Source: a bacterium (lineage in GTDB: Bacteria > Acidobacteriota > Blastocatellia > HR10). Taken from it: a stretch of 59,667 nucleotides of DNA. The stretch is from contig JBEPZV010000012.1 in the NCBI GenBank assembly GCA_041640655.1, positions 1 to 59,667 of the forward strand, written 5' to 3'. This document shows positions 30,778 to 40,789 of this stretch, piece by piece; position 1 is the stretch's first letter; each line of letters begins with the position of its first letter. The position numbers and the translations under genes were made by a program. The notes beneath the pieces were generated by a model. The model saw only the letters and a program-made list of their open reading frames with translations. It was not told the origin of the DNA and searched no databases.

Positions 30778-32373
30778 GTGACCGGCATCGCGCAGGCTCC
30801 ACACACGAGATCATCTGAGAAGCGGCGGTCGGAACGCGCCGTCTCGCGACTCGCGCTCCTGCCGCTGGCCCAAGGACTGCTGGGACTGACCGATGCCGTG
30901 CTCGCCTGGGGGACGTTCCTCATCGCCTACCGGCTGCGCTACATCTCGTGGCCGCCGTCGGTGAGTGACCTTCTCGCTCTCCTGCATCCGCGCGAGCTGG
31001 CGGGGACGCTCATGCTCGAAGCGTTTCGCCCCTATCTGGAATTGTGCGCGCTCGCTCCGGTCCCGCTGATCCTCTGGCTGCGATCGGCGCGGCTCTACGC
31101 GCTCAAAGGAGAGTTCTCGTGGCTCGACGACGTCTTCGGCGTCTTGCGAGCGACAACGATGACTTCGCTCGTCCTCATCGTCATCGCCTTCATGTACCGG
31201 GGCATCTTCGAATTCCGCGAGTTCTCGTACTCGCGCGGCATCTTCCTCCTGCACTGGGGATTGCTCACGCTCGCCGTACTCGGCGTGCGCGGGATCGTGC
31301 GCCGCACGCAAATCCTCGCGCGACGACGTGGCCGCAATCTCATCCCGGCGGTGATCGTGGGCGAGGGCGAGCTGACTGATCTTTGCCTCTCCGAGATGCG
31401 CGCGAAGCCGCAGCTCGGGTATCACATCGTGGGAGTGCTCTCGACGGCCTCGCGCGCGGAGCGCGCATCTGCGCCTTCTCCCCCGTGCCTGGGGCACGTC
31501 GAGGACCTGCCGGAGATCGTCCGCCGATTCCGCATCGAGCAGGTCTTCATCACCGACCCGAAGATGAACCCGGACGTGCTCTTTGAGACGATCCTGCACT
31601 GCTGGCGCGTGAGTCGCGTCGCCTTCAGCCTCGTGCCCGATCTCCTGAGTTGCCTCCCCCGCAAGACTGAGCTGGAGCAGATCGGCGCGCTCCCTATGAT
31701 CAAGCTCTTTCAGGACCCCTTGCGGGGTCCGAACCGCTATCTCAAACGCGCCTTCGATGTGACCCTCTCGCTGTTGGCGCTGATCCTCCTGAGCCCCGTG
31801 CTCCTGCTCATCGCGGCGCTCATCAAGCTCGATTCGCGCGGCCCCGTCCTCTTTCGCCAGGAGCGCGTCGGCATGGACGGGCGCTTGTTCACCCTCTACA
31901 AATTCCGCACGATGCGCGCCGATGCTGATGAGCAGCCGCATCGGGAGATCATGGCGCACCTGATTCGCGGCGCGCTTCAGGTGACGGGACCCCGAACGGG
32001 ACGGGAGCTCTCTTCACCCCTCTACGGAAAAGTCCCGAATGATCGGCGGATCACGCGCCTGGGGCGATGGCTGCGCCGCTGGAGCCTCGATGAACTGCCG
32101 CAGCTCTTCAACGTCCTCAAGGGGGAGATGAGCCTGGTCGGACCGCGTCCGCCTATTCCCTACGAGGTCGAACACTACTCGAATTGGCACCGGAAGCGGC
32201 TCGACGTGAAGCCGGGGATCACCGGACTCTGGCAAGTGAGCGGGCGCAATCGCCTCCCCTTCGAGCGCATGGTGGAGCTGGACCTCTACTACATCGAGCA
32301 CTGGTCGCTCTGGCTCGATGTGAAGATTCTCCTCAAAACGATCCCCGCCATTCTTCGGGGCGAGACGGAATGA
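30778..32373 (+). CDS. Polyprenyl glycosylphosphotransferase (WcaJ/WbaP-like priming transferase)
   Basis: N-terminal TM segments; [32 protein letters not shown] and [10 protein letters not shown] motifs. Confidence 0.93.
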   Translation: MTGIAQAPHTRSSEKRRSERAVSRLALLPLAQGLLGLTDAVLAWGTFLIAYRLRYISWPPSVSDLLALLHPRELAGTLMLEAFRPYLELCALAPVPLILWLRSARLYALKGEFSWLDDVFGVLRATTMTSLVLIVIAFMYRGIFEFREFSYSRGIFLLHWGLLTLAVLGVRGIVRRTQILARRRGRNLIPAVIVGEGELTDLCLSEMRAKPQLGYHIVGVLSTASRAERASAPSPPCLGHVEDLPEIVRRFRIEQVFITDPKMNPDVLFETILHCWRVSRVAFSLVPDLLSCLPRKTELEQIGALPMIKLFQDPLRGPNRYLKRAFDVTLSLLALILLSPVLLLIAALIKLDSRGPVLFRQERVGMDGRLFTLYKFRTMRADADEQPHREIMAHLIRGALQVTGPRTGRELSSPLYGKVPNDRRITRLGRWLRRWSLDELPQLFNVLKGEMSLVGPRPPIPYEVEHYSNWHRKRLDVKPGITGLWQVSGRNRLPFERMVELDLYYIEHWSLWLDVKILLKTIPAILRGETE

Positions 32374-32504
32374 TCCTCCCCACGAGATGCCCCGGCCGAG
32401 CTGATGGAGCGACCGGCGCGTCAAACTGAGGCGCGCGGAGAGACGTCGCTGCGCATGAACACACAGCTGATCACTCCCTTCCTGTGCTATCATTACCCGG
32501 TGCG

Positions 32505-32582
32505 CTCGACGCGGATTTCGACCGCACGGCGCGCGGGCGGATGACGCCGGAGCAAGCGCTGGAGCACCTCGCGGGAGGATGA
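32505..32582 (+). pseudogene. Possible C-terminal remnant of a PIN/VapC-type gene
   Basis: LDADFDRTARGRMTPEQALEHLAGG* resembles PIN C-termini of the form SFDxDFDRT.RGR.TP (recalled); no upstream part. Confidence 0.4.
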
Positions 32583-32649
32583 ACAGAGCCTGCCCCATAG
32601 TGTCTCCTGAAGGCGAAGAGGCGTCTCATCCCCGCGTGCGCGAACTCGC

Positions 32650-35049
32650 TCAATACAGCAGATACCGCTGCCGGATCTGTCGAAATCGCTCCAGCTCAGC
32701 CTGCCACGCGCGCTCGATGGTCTCGGCATCGGCGCCACTTTTGAGCAACTCGAGCGTGCGGCGATGGGCGAGCAAGCGCCCGAACGCATCCACCTGCCAG
32801 GTTTCCGGATAGAGCCGATGCAGGACGACGGCGATCTCGATCCCCAGACGCACGGGGCGCACGGCTGCGCGCTCGGTGACGACGATGGCCACTCCCCCAC
32901 ATTCCTCTCCGGCGAACGGGCTCGCGCGGGGGGTGAAGCGAATGGGAACGAAGCGCACGCCGGGGATATCGCGCCGATTCAACTCCTCGGCCACACGCCG
33001 CCCGTCCATCCACGGTGCGCCGAACAGCTCGAAGGGCCGATCCGTCCCGCGTCCGACCGAAACGTTGGTCGTCTCCAGAAGGGCGATCCCCGGATAGAGC
33101 GTCGCCGCCGTCAAGCTCCGCATATTGGGCGACGGGTTCACCCACTCCTGATTCGTCTGATCGAACCAATACTCGCGCTTCCATCCCTCCATCTTCACGA
33201 CATGGAGATCGGCTCCGATCTTTCGCTCGGCGTTGAACAGCAGGGCCAGCTCGCCGATCGTCATCCCATGTCGGATGGGGATCGGATGGTACGCCGTGAA
33301 GGAGAGGGCGTCGGGATCGGCCACCGGCCCCTCCACGTCGCGTCCGGTGATCGGATTGGGACGGTCGAGCACAATGAAGCGGATCCCCTGCGCGGCGGCC
33401 TCCTCCATGGCGTATCCCATCGTCGTGATGTAGGTGTAGAATCGCGCCCCGATGTCTTGAATATCGAAGACGAGCGTATCCAGACCGCGCAACATCTCGG
33501 CCGTCGGTCGCCGTCGTGGTCCGTAGAGGCTGTAGATGGGGAGTCCCGTCTTCTCGTCCACCGCATCGCCGACGGGCCCATCGGCTTGTCCGCGCAACCC
33601 ATGCTCGGGACTGAAGAGCGCCACGAGCGTCACCTTCGGGGCGCGCGCGAGCAGATCAATGGTGCTCGTTCCATCGCGCGCGCGCCCCGTATGATTTGTG
33701 ATCACCCCGACGCGCCGACCTTCGAGCAGCCGAAATTCATCGCGGCGCAAGACGTCAATGCCGTTGAGCACGGAGGCCGTCTCCACATGCGCGCGCGTGT
33801 GGAGACGCTCGACGTGGGGTGAGATCGCCCAGGGAGAAGGCCACAGCTCCGGCAGTGGTGGTCGAAGGATCGCCGCCGCGACGACCGAAGCCACGCGTCC
33901 GCGCAGCGACGTCACATCGCCACGACCGTCCGGATGCACGCGATTGCTCAGGAAGATGACGAAGGTCCGGCTCGCCGGATCAATCCAGAGCGAGGTGCCC
34001 GTGAACCCCGTGTGCCCGAACGAACCGATCGGGAAGAGATCGCCGCGATTGGAGGAATATCCCGTATGGACATCCCAGCCGAGCCCGCGCATCTCGCCCG
34101 GCGGCAGATGGCGCACCTCGATCATGCGCCGCACGCTCAAAGGGCTGAGGATGCGCACCCCGCGAAATGTCCCCCCGTTGAGGAGCATCTGGCAGTAGAT
34201 GGCCAGATCGCGCGCCGTCGAGAAGAGACCGGCGTGACCGGCGACGCCGCCGAGCGCATACGCGCGCGGATCGTGGACTTCGCCAATCATCCACCGCCCC
34301 TCGCGCCGTTCGGTCGGGGCGCAGCGCTCGCGCAGCGCTCCGGTGGGCGCGAACGTCGTCTCCGTCATGCCGAGCGGCCGGAAGATGTTCTCGCGGGCGA
34401 AGTCATCCAGGCGTTGCCCCGAGACTCGGCGCACGAGTTCCCCGAGCACGATGTACCCGACGTCGCTGTAGATGAAGCGCGTGCCCGGTTCGGCCACCGT
34501 CCCCAAGGCGTAGATCCGCTCCAGGGCCTTCTCCGGTCCGTCCCGATAGTCGGCCAGATCGTTATCAGCGATAAGCCCCCCGCGATGCTGAAGCAATTGC
34601 TCGATCGTGATCCGCTCTTTTCCGTTCTGCCCGAATTCTGGGATGTAACGGGCGACCGGATCCCCCAGGCGAATCTTTCCCCGCTCGACCAGGATCATCA
34701 CCGAAGTCGCCGTCGCCACGACCTTCGTCAACGAAGCGAGGTCGAAGACGGTATCGCGCGTCATCGGCAGGCGCGTCGGCTCCAGGGCGCGATGTCCGAA
34801 CGCCCGCCAGTAGACGATGCGCCCCTGGCGTCCGACGAGGATGACGGCGCCGGGCAACTCCCGACGTGCGATCGCCGCCTGAACGATCTCATCAATATGC
34901 GCCAGATGTCGAGACGACATCCCGACCGCTTCCGGCGCGACGATGGGCAGCGGCGCCCCACCTCGACGCGGCGGCGCCGCGGACACACCGCCCGCACTGC
35001 TGATGCCGATGATCAAACTCAACCCGATGCCTCGCGTCCACCCCCTCAT
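32650..35049 (-). CDS. Secreted serine hydrolase (beta-lactamase fold) fused to DUF1343/NamZ exo-beta-N-acetylmuramidase
   Basis: Signal peptide; SLTK, YSD and HTGFTG; then TNHTG, FSPEHG, DIQDIGARFYTY, LDRPNP and PSPNM. Confidence 0.9.
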   Translation of the reverse strand: MRGWTRGIGLSLIIGISSAGGVSAAPPRRGGAPLPIVAPEAVGMSSRHLAHIDEIVQAAIARRELPGAVILVGRQGRIVYWRAFGHRALEPTRLPMTRDTVFDLASLTKVVATATSVMILVERGKIRLGDPVARYIPEFGQNGKERITIEQLLQHRGGLIADNDLADYRDGPEKALERIYALGTVAEPGTRFIYSDVGYIVLGELVRRVSGQRLDDFARENIFRPLGMTETTFAPTGALRERCAPTERREGRWMIGEVHDPRAYALGGVAGHAGLFSTARDLAIYCQMLLNGGTFRGVRILSPLSVRRMIEVRHLPPGEMRGLGWDVHTGYSSNRGDLFPIGSFGHTGFTGTSLWIDPASRTFVIFLSNRVHPDGRGDVTSLRGRVASVVAAAILRPPLPELWPSPWAISPHVERLHTRAHVETASVLNGIDVLRRDEFRLLEGRRVGVITNHTGRARDGTSTIDLLARAPKVTLVALFSPEHGLRGQADGPVGDAVDEKTGLPIYSLYGPRRRPTAEMLRGLDTLVFDIQDIGARFYTYITTMGYAMEEAAAQGIRFIVLDRPNPITGRDVEGPVADPDALSFTAYHPIPIRHGMTIGELALLFNAERKIGADLHVVKMEGWKREYWFDQTNQEWVNPSPNMRSLTAATLYPGIALLETTNVSVGRGTDRPFELFGAPWMDGRRVAEELNRRDIPGVRFVPIRFTPRASPFAGEECGGVAIVVTERAAVRPVRLGIEIAVVLHRLYPETWQVDAFGRLLAHRRTLELLKSGADAETIERAWQAELERFRQIRQRYLLY

Positions 35050-35203
35050 GGTCCGCTCCTCCCGAGGATGTGCTGAGGGTCTCGAAGGCGGGAGGATACC
35101 GGATCGGCCTCACCGCGCGCAATGCCGCCTCCTCTTCTCCTCAGGGGCCACGCGCAGGGAGCCTTTCTTGCCGTCCTCCAAGCGGTTTGATACCCTTCTG
35201 CCG

Positions 35204-36232
35204 ATGGACGAAGCGCCGGTGGCCGTCGAAGTCACGCGCGGTGCTCTCGTGGAATCGCGCCATCGCGCGATGATCGTCGCCTGCGATCCGCGTGGGCGCG
35301 TGCGCTTCGGCCTGGGGAACCCCCGCTGGATGACTTACTTGCGGTCTGCGGCGAAGCCGATTCAGGCGCTGCCACTTGTCGCCAGCGGCGCCGCACGCTC
35401 CTTCGAGATCACGCCGAAAGAGCTGGCCATCATCTGCGGTTCGCACAGCGGTGAAGTCGCGCATACGGAGACGGTCGCGCGACTTCTGCAGAAGATCGGC
35501 TTGCGGGAGGCGGCGCTTCGCTGCGGTCTTCATCCCCCGCTGGATGCGGAGATGGCGCGTCGCGTGGGCCCCGAGGGCGTGACGGTGTTGCACAATGCGT
35601 GCTCGGGCAAGCATGCGGGGATGCTCGCCCTGGCCCGCTTCCTCGGCGCCGATGTGGACACCTATCTCGATCCCGAGCATCCCGTTCAGCAACAGATCCT
35701 CGACGTGCTCGCCCATCTGAGCGATCTCCCATCCTCGGCGATCGGCATCGGCGTGGATGGATGCGGTGTGCCCACGTTCGCGATTCCGCTGGAGCGGATA
35801 GCCCTCGCCTATGCGCGATTGGTGAATCCCGAGGGCCTGGAGGAGCCGCTGCGCGCCGCCATCATCGAGGTCACGCGCGCCATGCGCGAGCATCCGGAGA
35901 TGGTAGGAGGGACGCGCCGCCGTCTGGATACGGACCTCATTCGGGTGAGCGAGGGGCGAATCCTCGCGAAAGCGGGCGCTGAAGGGGTCCACGCGCTCGG
36001 CATCTTCCCCAATGCGCGTTTCCCCGAAGGGCTCGGCATCGCCATTAAGATCGAAGATGGGGACGAACGGCGCGCTCGCAACCTCGTCGTCCTGGAGGTC
36101 CTGCACCAGCTCGGGTTGCTCGATCGCCCCGCCCTTGATAAGCTTTCCGCCTATCACAGGCCGGAGGTGAAGAGCCATCGGGGCATGGTGGTCGGGCACG
36201 TCCGACCATGCTTTCGACTCGAGGGGACATGA
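35204..36232 (+). CDS. Rhizobium-type (class 3) L-asparaginase
   Basis: RSAAKP, SHSGE, NACSGKH, DGCG.P and AKAGAEG motifs. Confidence 0.88.
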   Translation: MDEAPVAVEVTRGALVESRHRAMIVACDPRGRVRFGLGNPRWMTYLRSAAKPIQALPLVASGAARSFEITPKELAIICGSHSGEVAHTETVARLLQKIGLREAALRCGLHPPLDAEMARRVGPEGVTVLHNACSGKHAGMLALARFLGADVDTYLDPEHPVQQQILDVLAHLSDLPSSAIGIGVDGCGVPTFAIPLERIALAYARLVNPEGLEEPLRAAIIEVTRAMREHPEMVGGTRRRLDTDLIRVSEGRILAKAGAEGVHALGIFPNARFPEGLGIAIKIEDGDERRARNLVVLEVLHQLGLLDRPALDKLSAYHRPEVKSHRGMVVGHVRPCFRLEGT

Positions 36233-37362
36233 ACGACACCATTCGGCAACTCTTCCCGATCACGGAGCGCTACATCTACATGAACCACGCCGCCGTCTCC
36301 CCCCTGCCGCGACCGGCGGTCGAAGCGATGACGCGTCAGGCCGACGCCGTCATGCGACATGGGACGACGAAGCTCGCCGAATGGTGGGCAGCCATCGAAC
36401 ACACGCGCCAGAAGGTGGCGCGCCTGGTGAATGCCCGCCCGGAGGAGATCGCGTTCGTGCGGAATACCTCGGACGGGCTCTCGCTCATCGCCAACGGGCT
36501 GCGATGGCGAGAGGGGGATAACGTCGTCACGGCCGGATGCGAGTTCCCGGCCAATGTCTACCCCTGGATGCGCCTGCAGGCGCGGGGCGTTCACCTCCGC
36601 ATGGCCCCCGAGCGCGAAGGGCGCATCCAGATTGAGGACCTGCTCGCGCTCGTGGATCGGCGCACGCGCGTGCTGGCCATCAGCTTCGTCCAATTCGCCA
36701 GTGGATTCCGCATGGATCTGGAGCGGCTGGGCGAATTTTGCCGGAAGCGCGGCATCCTCCTGGTCGTGGACGCCATTCAGGGACTGGGCGCCCTCTCGTT
36801 CGATGTCGAACGCTTCCATGTGGATGCGTTCGCGGCCGATGGCCACAAATGGCTGCTGGGGCCAGAAGGCACCGGCGTCCTCTATATCTCCTCCCGCGCG
36901 CTGGAGCATCTGGAGCCGACGCTCGTCGGCTGGATGTCAGTGCGAAATTGGAAGGACTCGATCCTCGCCGAGGAGCTGACCTATGATCTCACCTATCGCG
37001 AGGGCGCGCTCCGCTTCGAGTCGGGTACGCTCAATGTCTGCGGCCTCTGTGGCCTCGGCGCCTCGGTGGAGCTGTTGCTACAGGTGGGCATCTCGACGAT
37101 CGAGGAGCACCTCACCGCCCTCGGACGAGAACTGTGCGAACGGCTGCAGGCGAAAGGGTATCACGTGATCAGCTCGCGGCGTCCCGGCGAGACCTCGGGC
37201 ATCTTCTGCTTCATGCATCCGCGTTATTCGGCGCATGCGCTCGTCGAGCGGCTCCAGGAGCGGGGGATCATCGTCTCGGCGCGCCTGGGACGCCTGCGCA
37301 TCTCCCCGCATCTCTACAACACGTGGGAGGAGGTTGTCGAAGTCGCCGCGCACTTGCCATGA
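36229..37362 (+). CDS. Class V PLP aminotransferase (cysteine-desulfurase-like)
   Basis: YMNHAAVSP, EFPAN, VDAIQ, GHKWLLGP and RISPHLYN motifs. Confidence 0.88.
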   Translation: MNDTIRQLFPITERYIYMNHAAVSPLPRPAVEAMTRQADAVMRHGTTKLAEWWAAIEHTRQKVARLVNARPEEIAFVRNTSDGLSLIANGLRWREGDNVVTAGCEFPANVYPWMRLQARGVHLRMAPEREGRIQIEDLLALVDRRTRVLAISFVQFASGFRMDLERLGEFCRKRGILLVVDAIQGLGALSFDVERFHVDAFAADGHKWLLGPEGTGVLYISSRALEHLEPTLVGWMSVRNWKDSILAEELTYDLTYREGALRFESGTLNVCGLCGLGASVELLLQVGISTIEEHLTALGRELCERLQAKGYHVISSRRPGETSGIFCFMHPRYSAHALVERLQERGIIVSARLGRLRISPHLYNTWEEVVEVAAHLP

Positions 37363-39260
37363 GCACTGCCGTCATGCGTCCTGAAGCCTCCTCACGCTTG
37401 CGATCCGAGGGAGCCCCCGCGGTTCCCCCATCGGGCTCGCGCCGATGGGAGGAGTTCCGCCGACTCCTCGGCTATGTGCGCCCGTACTGGGGGACATTCC
37501 TCCTGGCGCTCATCTTGATGAATATCGTCGCTGTACTGGAAGGCGCCCTGCGCAGCCTCCTCGTTCCGATCTCCGATGGCCTGCTGGCCTCCAGCGGCGT
37601 CGTCGCCTCGGCCCCGCGCGCCAAGAATCTTCTGGACTTTCATCGCTATCTCCCGCTGGAGGACGAGCGGAGCTGGTACCTGCTGGCCGCCCTGATGATC
37701 CTGATCACGATCGGGAAGGGAGCGGCCGAATTCTTCTCCAACTACCTCATGGCGCGCATCGGGCAACGCGCCGTCTTCGATCTCCGCTGCGCCCTCTACG
37801 ATCACCTGCTCCGACAATCGGCCCCTTTCTTCTCCCGCTATCCGACGAATGTGCTCGCGTCGCATCTGGTCAACGATGTCGAGAAGATCGAGATGGCTGT
37901 CTCGCGCACGCTCACGGACGCGCTGCGCGAATCCTTCACGCTCATCGTCTTCCTGGTCATCGTCTTCAAGCTGAACTGGAAGCTGGCGCTGTTGGCGCTG
38001 GGGCTGGGACCGCTCGTCTACCAGGCGACGGTCTATTTCGGTCGCCATCTGCGACGAACGGGGCGGCGCGTGCAGGAGGGGTATGAGCAGATCTTGAACG
38101 TCGCGCAGGAGACGCTCTCGGGCAACCTCGTGGTGAAGGCCTTCGGGACGGAGGCCTGGGAATCCGAACGCTTTCGCCGCGCCGCGCATGCCGTCATGCG
38201 CTCGGTCCTGAAGGCGGCGCGCACGGCCGCGCTCTCGCCGCCGATCATCGAGCTGATCGGGATCGTCGCGGCCTCCGGCTTCATCCTCTACGCCCAGCGC
38301 ATCATCGCCCGGCGCGAGATGACGCCCGGGGAATTCTTCGTCTTCCTCTTCTTCCTCTTCAGCCTCTACGATCCGGTGCGCAAGCTCAGCCGCATTCAGA
38401 ACGCGATGCAGCATGCGCTGGCCGCCTGCCAGCGGGTCTTCACCCTGCTCGATACGCACACGGAGCTGGTGGATCGGCCGCAGGCCGTCGCGCTCACGAC
38501 CTTCCGCGAGAAGATCGAATTCCGCGACGTCTCCTTCCGCTATCCCGACGCGGAGGAGTACGTCCTGCGAAACGTGAATCTCACGATTCGCGCCGGCGAG
38601 ATGGTCGCCATCGTCGGAATGAGCGGCGTCGGGAAGACGACGCTCGTGAAGCTGTTGCCTCGCTTCTACGACGTCACCGAGGGGGCCATCTTCATTGATG
38701 GCGTGGACATCCGCGATGTGCGTGTGGATTCATTGCGGCGCTTGATCGCCGTCGTCACGCAAGAGGTCATCCTCTTCAACGATACCGTGCGCCACAATAT
38801 CGCCTATGGCCGACCGCAGGCGACGCCGGAGGAGATCGAGCGAGCCGCGCGCGCGGCGCTCGCGCACGAATTCATCCGGGAGTTGCCCCGACAGTACGAG
38901 ACGGTGATCGGCGAGCGGGGGATTCGCCTCTCCGGTGGCGAGCGCCAGCGAATCGCCATCGCGCGAGCCATTCTCAAGGACGCCCCCATCTTGATCCTGG
39001 ACGAAGCGACCTCGGCGCTCGATGCGGAATCCGAGCACGGCGTGCAGCAGGCGTTGCTCAATCTGATGGCCGGACGGACGGTCATCGTCATCGCGCATCG
39101 GCTCTCGACCATCCGCCGCGCGGATCGCATCGTGGTCCTGGACGGCGGGACGATCGTCGAAGAGGGGACGCACGCCGAGCTGTTGCGCCGAGGGGGCGTG
39201 TACAGTCGTCTCTACGAACGGCAATTCGCCGATCAAGTGTCCGCAGTCCTCTCCGAATGA
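37359..39260 (+). CDS. msbA: ABC exporter, MsbA-like fused TMD-NBD
   Basis: TM domain followed by GMSGVGKT, LSGGERQR, ILDEATSALD and AHRLST. Confidence 0.8.
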   Translation: MSTAVMRPEASSRLRSEGAPAVPPSGSRRWEEFRRLLGYVRPYWGTFLLALILMNIVAVLEGALRSLLVPISDGLLASSGVVASAPRAKNLLDFHRYLPLEDERSWYLLAALMILITIGKGAAEFFSNYLMARIGQRAVFDLRCALYDHLLRQSAPFFSRYPTNVLASHLVNDVEKIEMAVSRTLTDALRESFTLIVFLVIVFKLNWKLALLALGLGPLVYQATVYFGRHLRRTGRRVQEGYEQILNVAQETLSGNLVVKAFGTEAWESERFRRAAHAVMRSVLKAARTAALSPPIIELIGIVAASGFILYAQRIIARREMTPGEFFVFLFFLFSLYDPVRKLSRIQNAMQHALAACQRVFTLLDTHTELVDRPQAVALTTFREKIEFRDVSFRYPDAEEYVLRNVNLTIRAGEMVAIVGMSGVGKTTLVKLLPRFYDVTEGAIFIDGVDIRDVRVDSLRRLIAVVTQEVILFNDTVRHNIAYGRPQATPEEIERAARAALAHEFIRELPRQYETVIGERGIRLSGGERQRIAIARAILKDAPILILDEATSALDAESEHGVQQALLNLMAGRTVIVIAHRLSTIRRADRIVVLDGGTIVEEGTHAELLRRGGVYSRLYERQFADQVSAVLSE

Positions 39261-39267
39261 GGGCGCT

Positions 39268-40146
39268 ATGGTGCGCAGCATGACCGGTTACGGCAGCGCC
39301 GCCTATGAGGGCGAGGAGTTCTCGCTGCGAGCGAGCGTCTCCAGCGTGAACCACCGGTTTCTGGAGATCCACGTGCGCCTCCCTGAGGCGCTCGGCGCCT
39401 GGGAGCCCATTGTGCGGCGGAAGATCCAGGAGCGCTTCGAGCGCGGGCGCATCGTCTTCGCGCTCGACTTCATCCCGATGATCCCCACCTGGCTCACCTA
39501 TGAGCTGAATCGTCCGCTGGTGATGGCCTACGTGACGGCGCTGCGCCAGATTCGAGAGGAGTTCGGCGTCTCGGGAGAAGTGGACGTGAACGCGCTCTTG
39601 CACGTGCGCGATCTGGTGCAGCCGCGCCCGCTCGCGGAGATCCCACCCGCACTGGCCGAGAAGCTCGAGGAGGTCACCGAGAGCGCCCTGCGCGCGCTCG
39701 CCGAGATGCGCGCGACTGAAGGCGCGCACCTTCGCGACGATCTGCTCGGGCGGTTGGAGCGCATCGCCGGCCACCTGCGCGCCATCGAGCGAGAAGCCGC
39801 GACCCTCCCGGAGCTGTACCGGCAGAAGCTCCTGGAGCGCGCGAGCGAATGGATGCGCGAGTTGTCCCTGGATCCCGCGCGCCTCGCGCAAGAGGTCCTC
39901 TATTTCGTGAATCGCGCCGACATCAGCGAGGAGATCACGCGACTGCGTGGCCATCTCGCGCAGTGCCGCGCGCTGCTGGACGCGCGCGAGGCCGTGGGCA
40001 AGCGCCTCGACTTCCTCTTCCAGGAGATGCAGCGCGAGATCAACACGATCTTGGCGAAAGCGGGGAATCTGGCGCTCGCGACGGAAGCGCTCGCCATCAA
40101 AGCCGAGATCGAGAAACTACGGGAGCAGGTGCAGAATGTCGAGTAA
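39268..40146 (+). CDS. yicC: YicC/YloC family endoribonuclease
   Basis: SMTGYG, VNHRFL, DISEE..RL, GKRLDFL.QEM.RE.NT and REQVQNVE motifs. Confidence 0.93.
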   Translation: MVRSMTGYGSAAYEGEEFSLRASVSSVNHRFLEIHVRLPEALGAWEPIVRRKIQERFERGRIVFALDFIPMIPTWLTYELNRPLVMAYVTALRQIREEFGVSGEVDVNALLHVRDLVQPRPLAEIPPALAEKLEEVTESALRALAEMRATEGAHLRDDLLGRLERIAGHLRAIEREAATLPELYRQKLLERASEWMRELSLDPARLAQEVLYFVNRADISEEITRLRGHLAQCRALLDAREAVGKRLDFLFQEMQREINTILAKAGNLALATEALAIKAEIEKLREQVQNVE

Positions 40147-40789
40147 GCGCGGCCTGCTCTTCATCGTCTCGGGCCCCTCGGGCGTGGGGAAATCCACGCT
40201 CGTCGCGCGCGTGATCGCGCGCGTGCCCGATCTCGTCTACTCGGTGTCCTATACGACGCGCCCGCAGCGTCCGACGGAGATCGAGGGACGCGATTACCAC
40301 TTCGTCTCGCGCCGCGAATTCGAGCGCATGCGCGAGGCCGGGGAGCTGATCGAATGGGCGGAGGTCTACGGGCACCTCTACGGGCGCTCGCACGCGGCGC
40401 TGGAGCGAGAGTTGGCTGCCGGACGCGATGTGATCCTGAGCATTGACGTGCAGGGGGCCGCCGCCTTCCGACGATTGCCGCTGGAATCGGTGAGCATCTT
40501 CGTCCTCCCCCCCTCGTTCGAGGTCCTGGCTGAGCGGCTGCGCGCGCGGGCGACCGAACTCTCGCGGAGCTTGGAGCAGCGCCTGGCCATCGCCCGCGAG
40601 GAGGTCCAGCACTATCGCGACTTCGACTACGTGATCATCAACGATCGGTTGGAGGAAGCGCTCGCGCTCCTGGAAGCGATCATTCTGGCCGAGCGCCATC
40701 GCCGACATCGCGTGGAAGAAGAGGTTCACGCCGTCCTGCGCACCTTCGCCTCGACGGCCGAGGCGCGAGATCGCACGGAGTCGGTATGA
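40136..40789 (+). CDS. gmk: Guanylate kinase
   Basis: SGPSGVGKST, SYTTR..R..E..G.DY.F and IDVQGA motifs. Confidence 0.95.
   Translation: MSSKRGLLFIVSGPSGVGKSTLVARVIARVPDLVYSVSYTTRPQRPTEIEGRDYHFVSRREFERMREAGELIEWAEVYGHLYGRSHAALERELAAGRDVILSIDVQGAAAFRRLPLESVSIFVLPPSFEVLAERLRARATELSRSLEQRLAIAREEVQHYRDFDYVIINDRLEEALALLEAIILAERHRRHRVEEEVHAVLRTFASTAEARDRTESV

Noticed and set aside
32650..35049. Beta-lactamase-fold/NamZ fusion as a novel system or resistance gene
   Set aside because: This fusion is a familiar peptidoglycan-recycling architecture, and nothing indicates true beta-lactamase activity.
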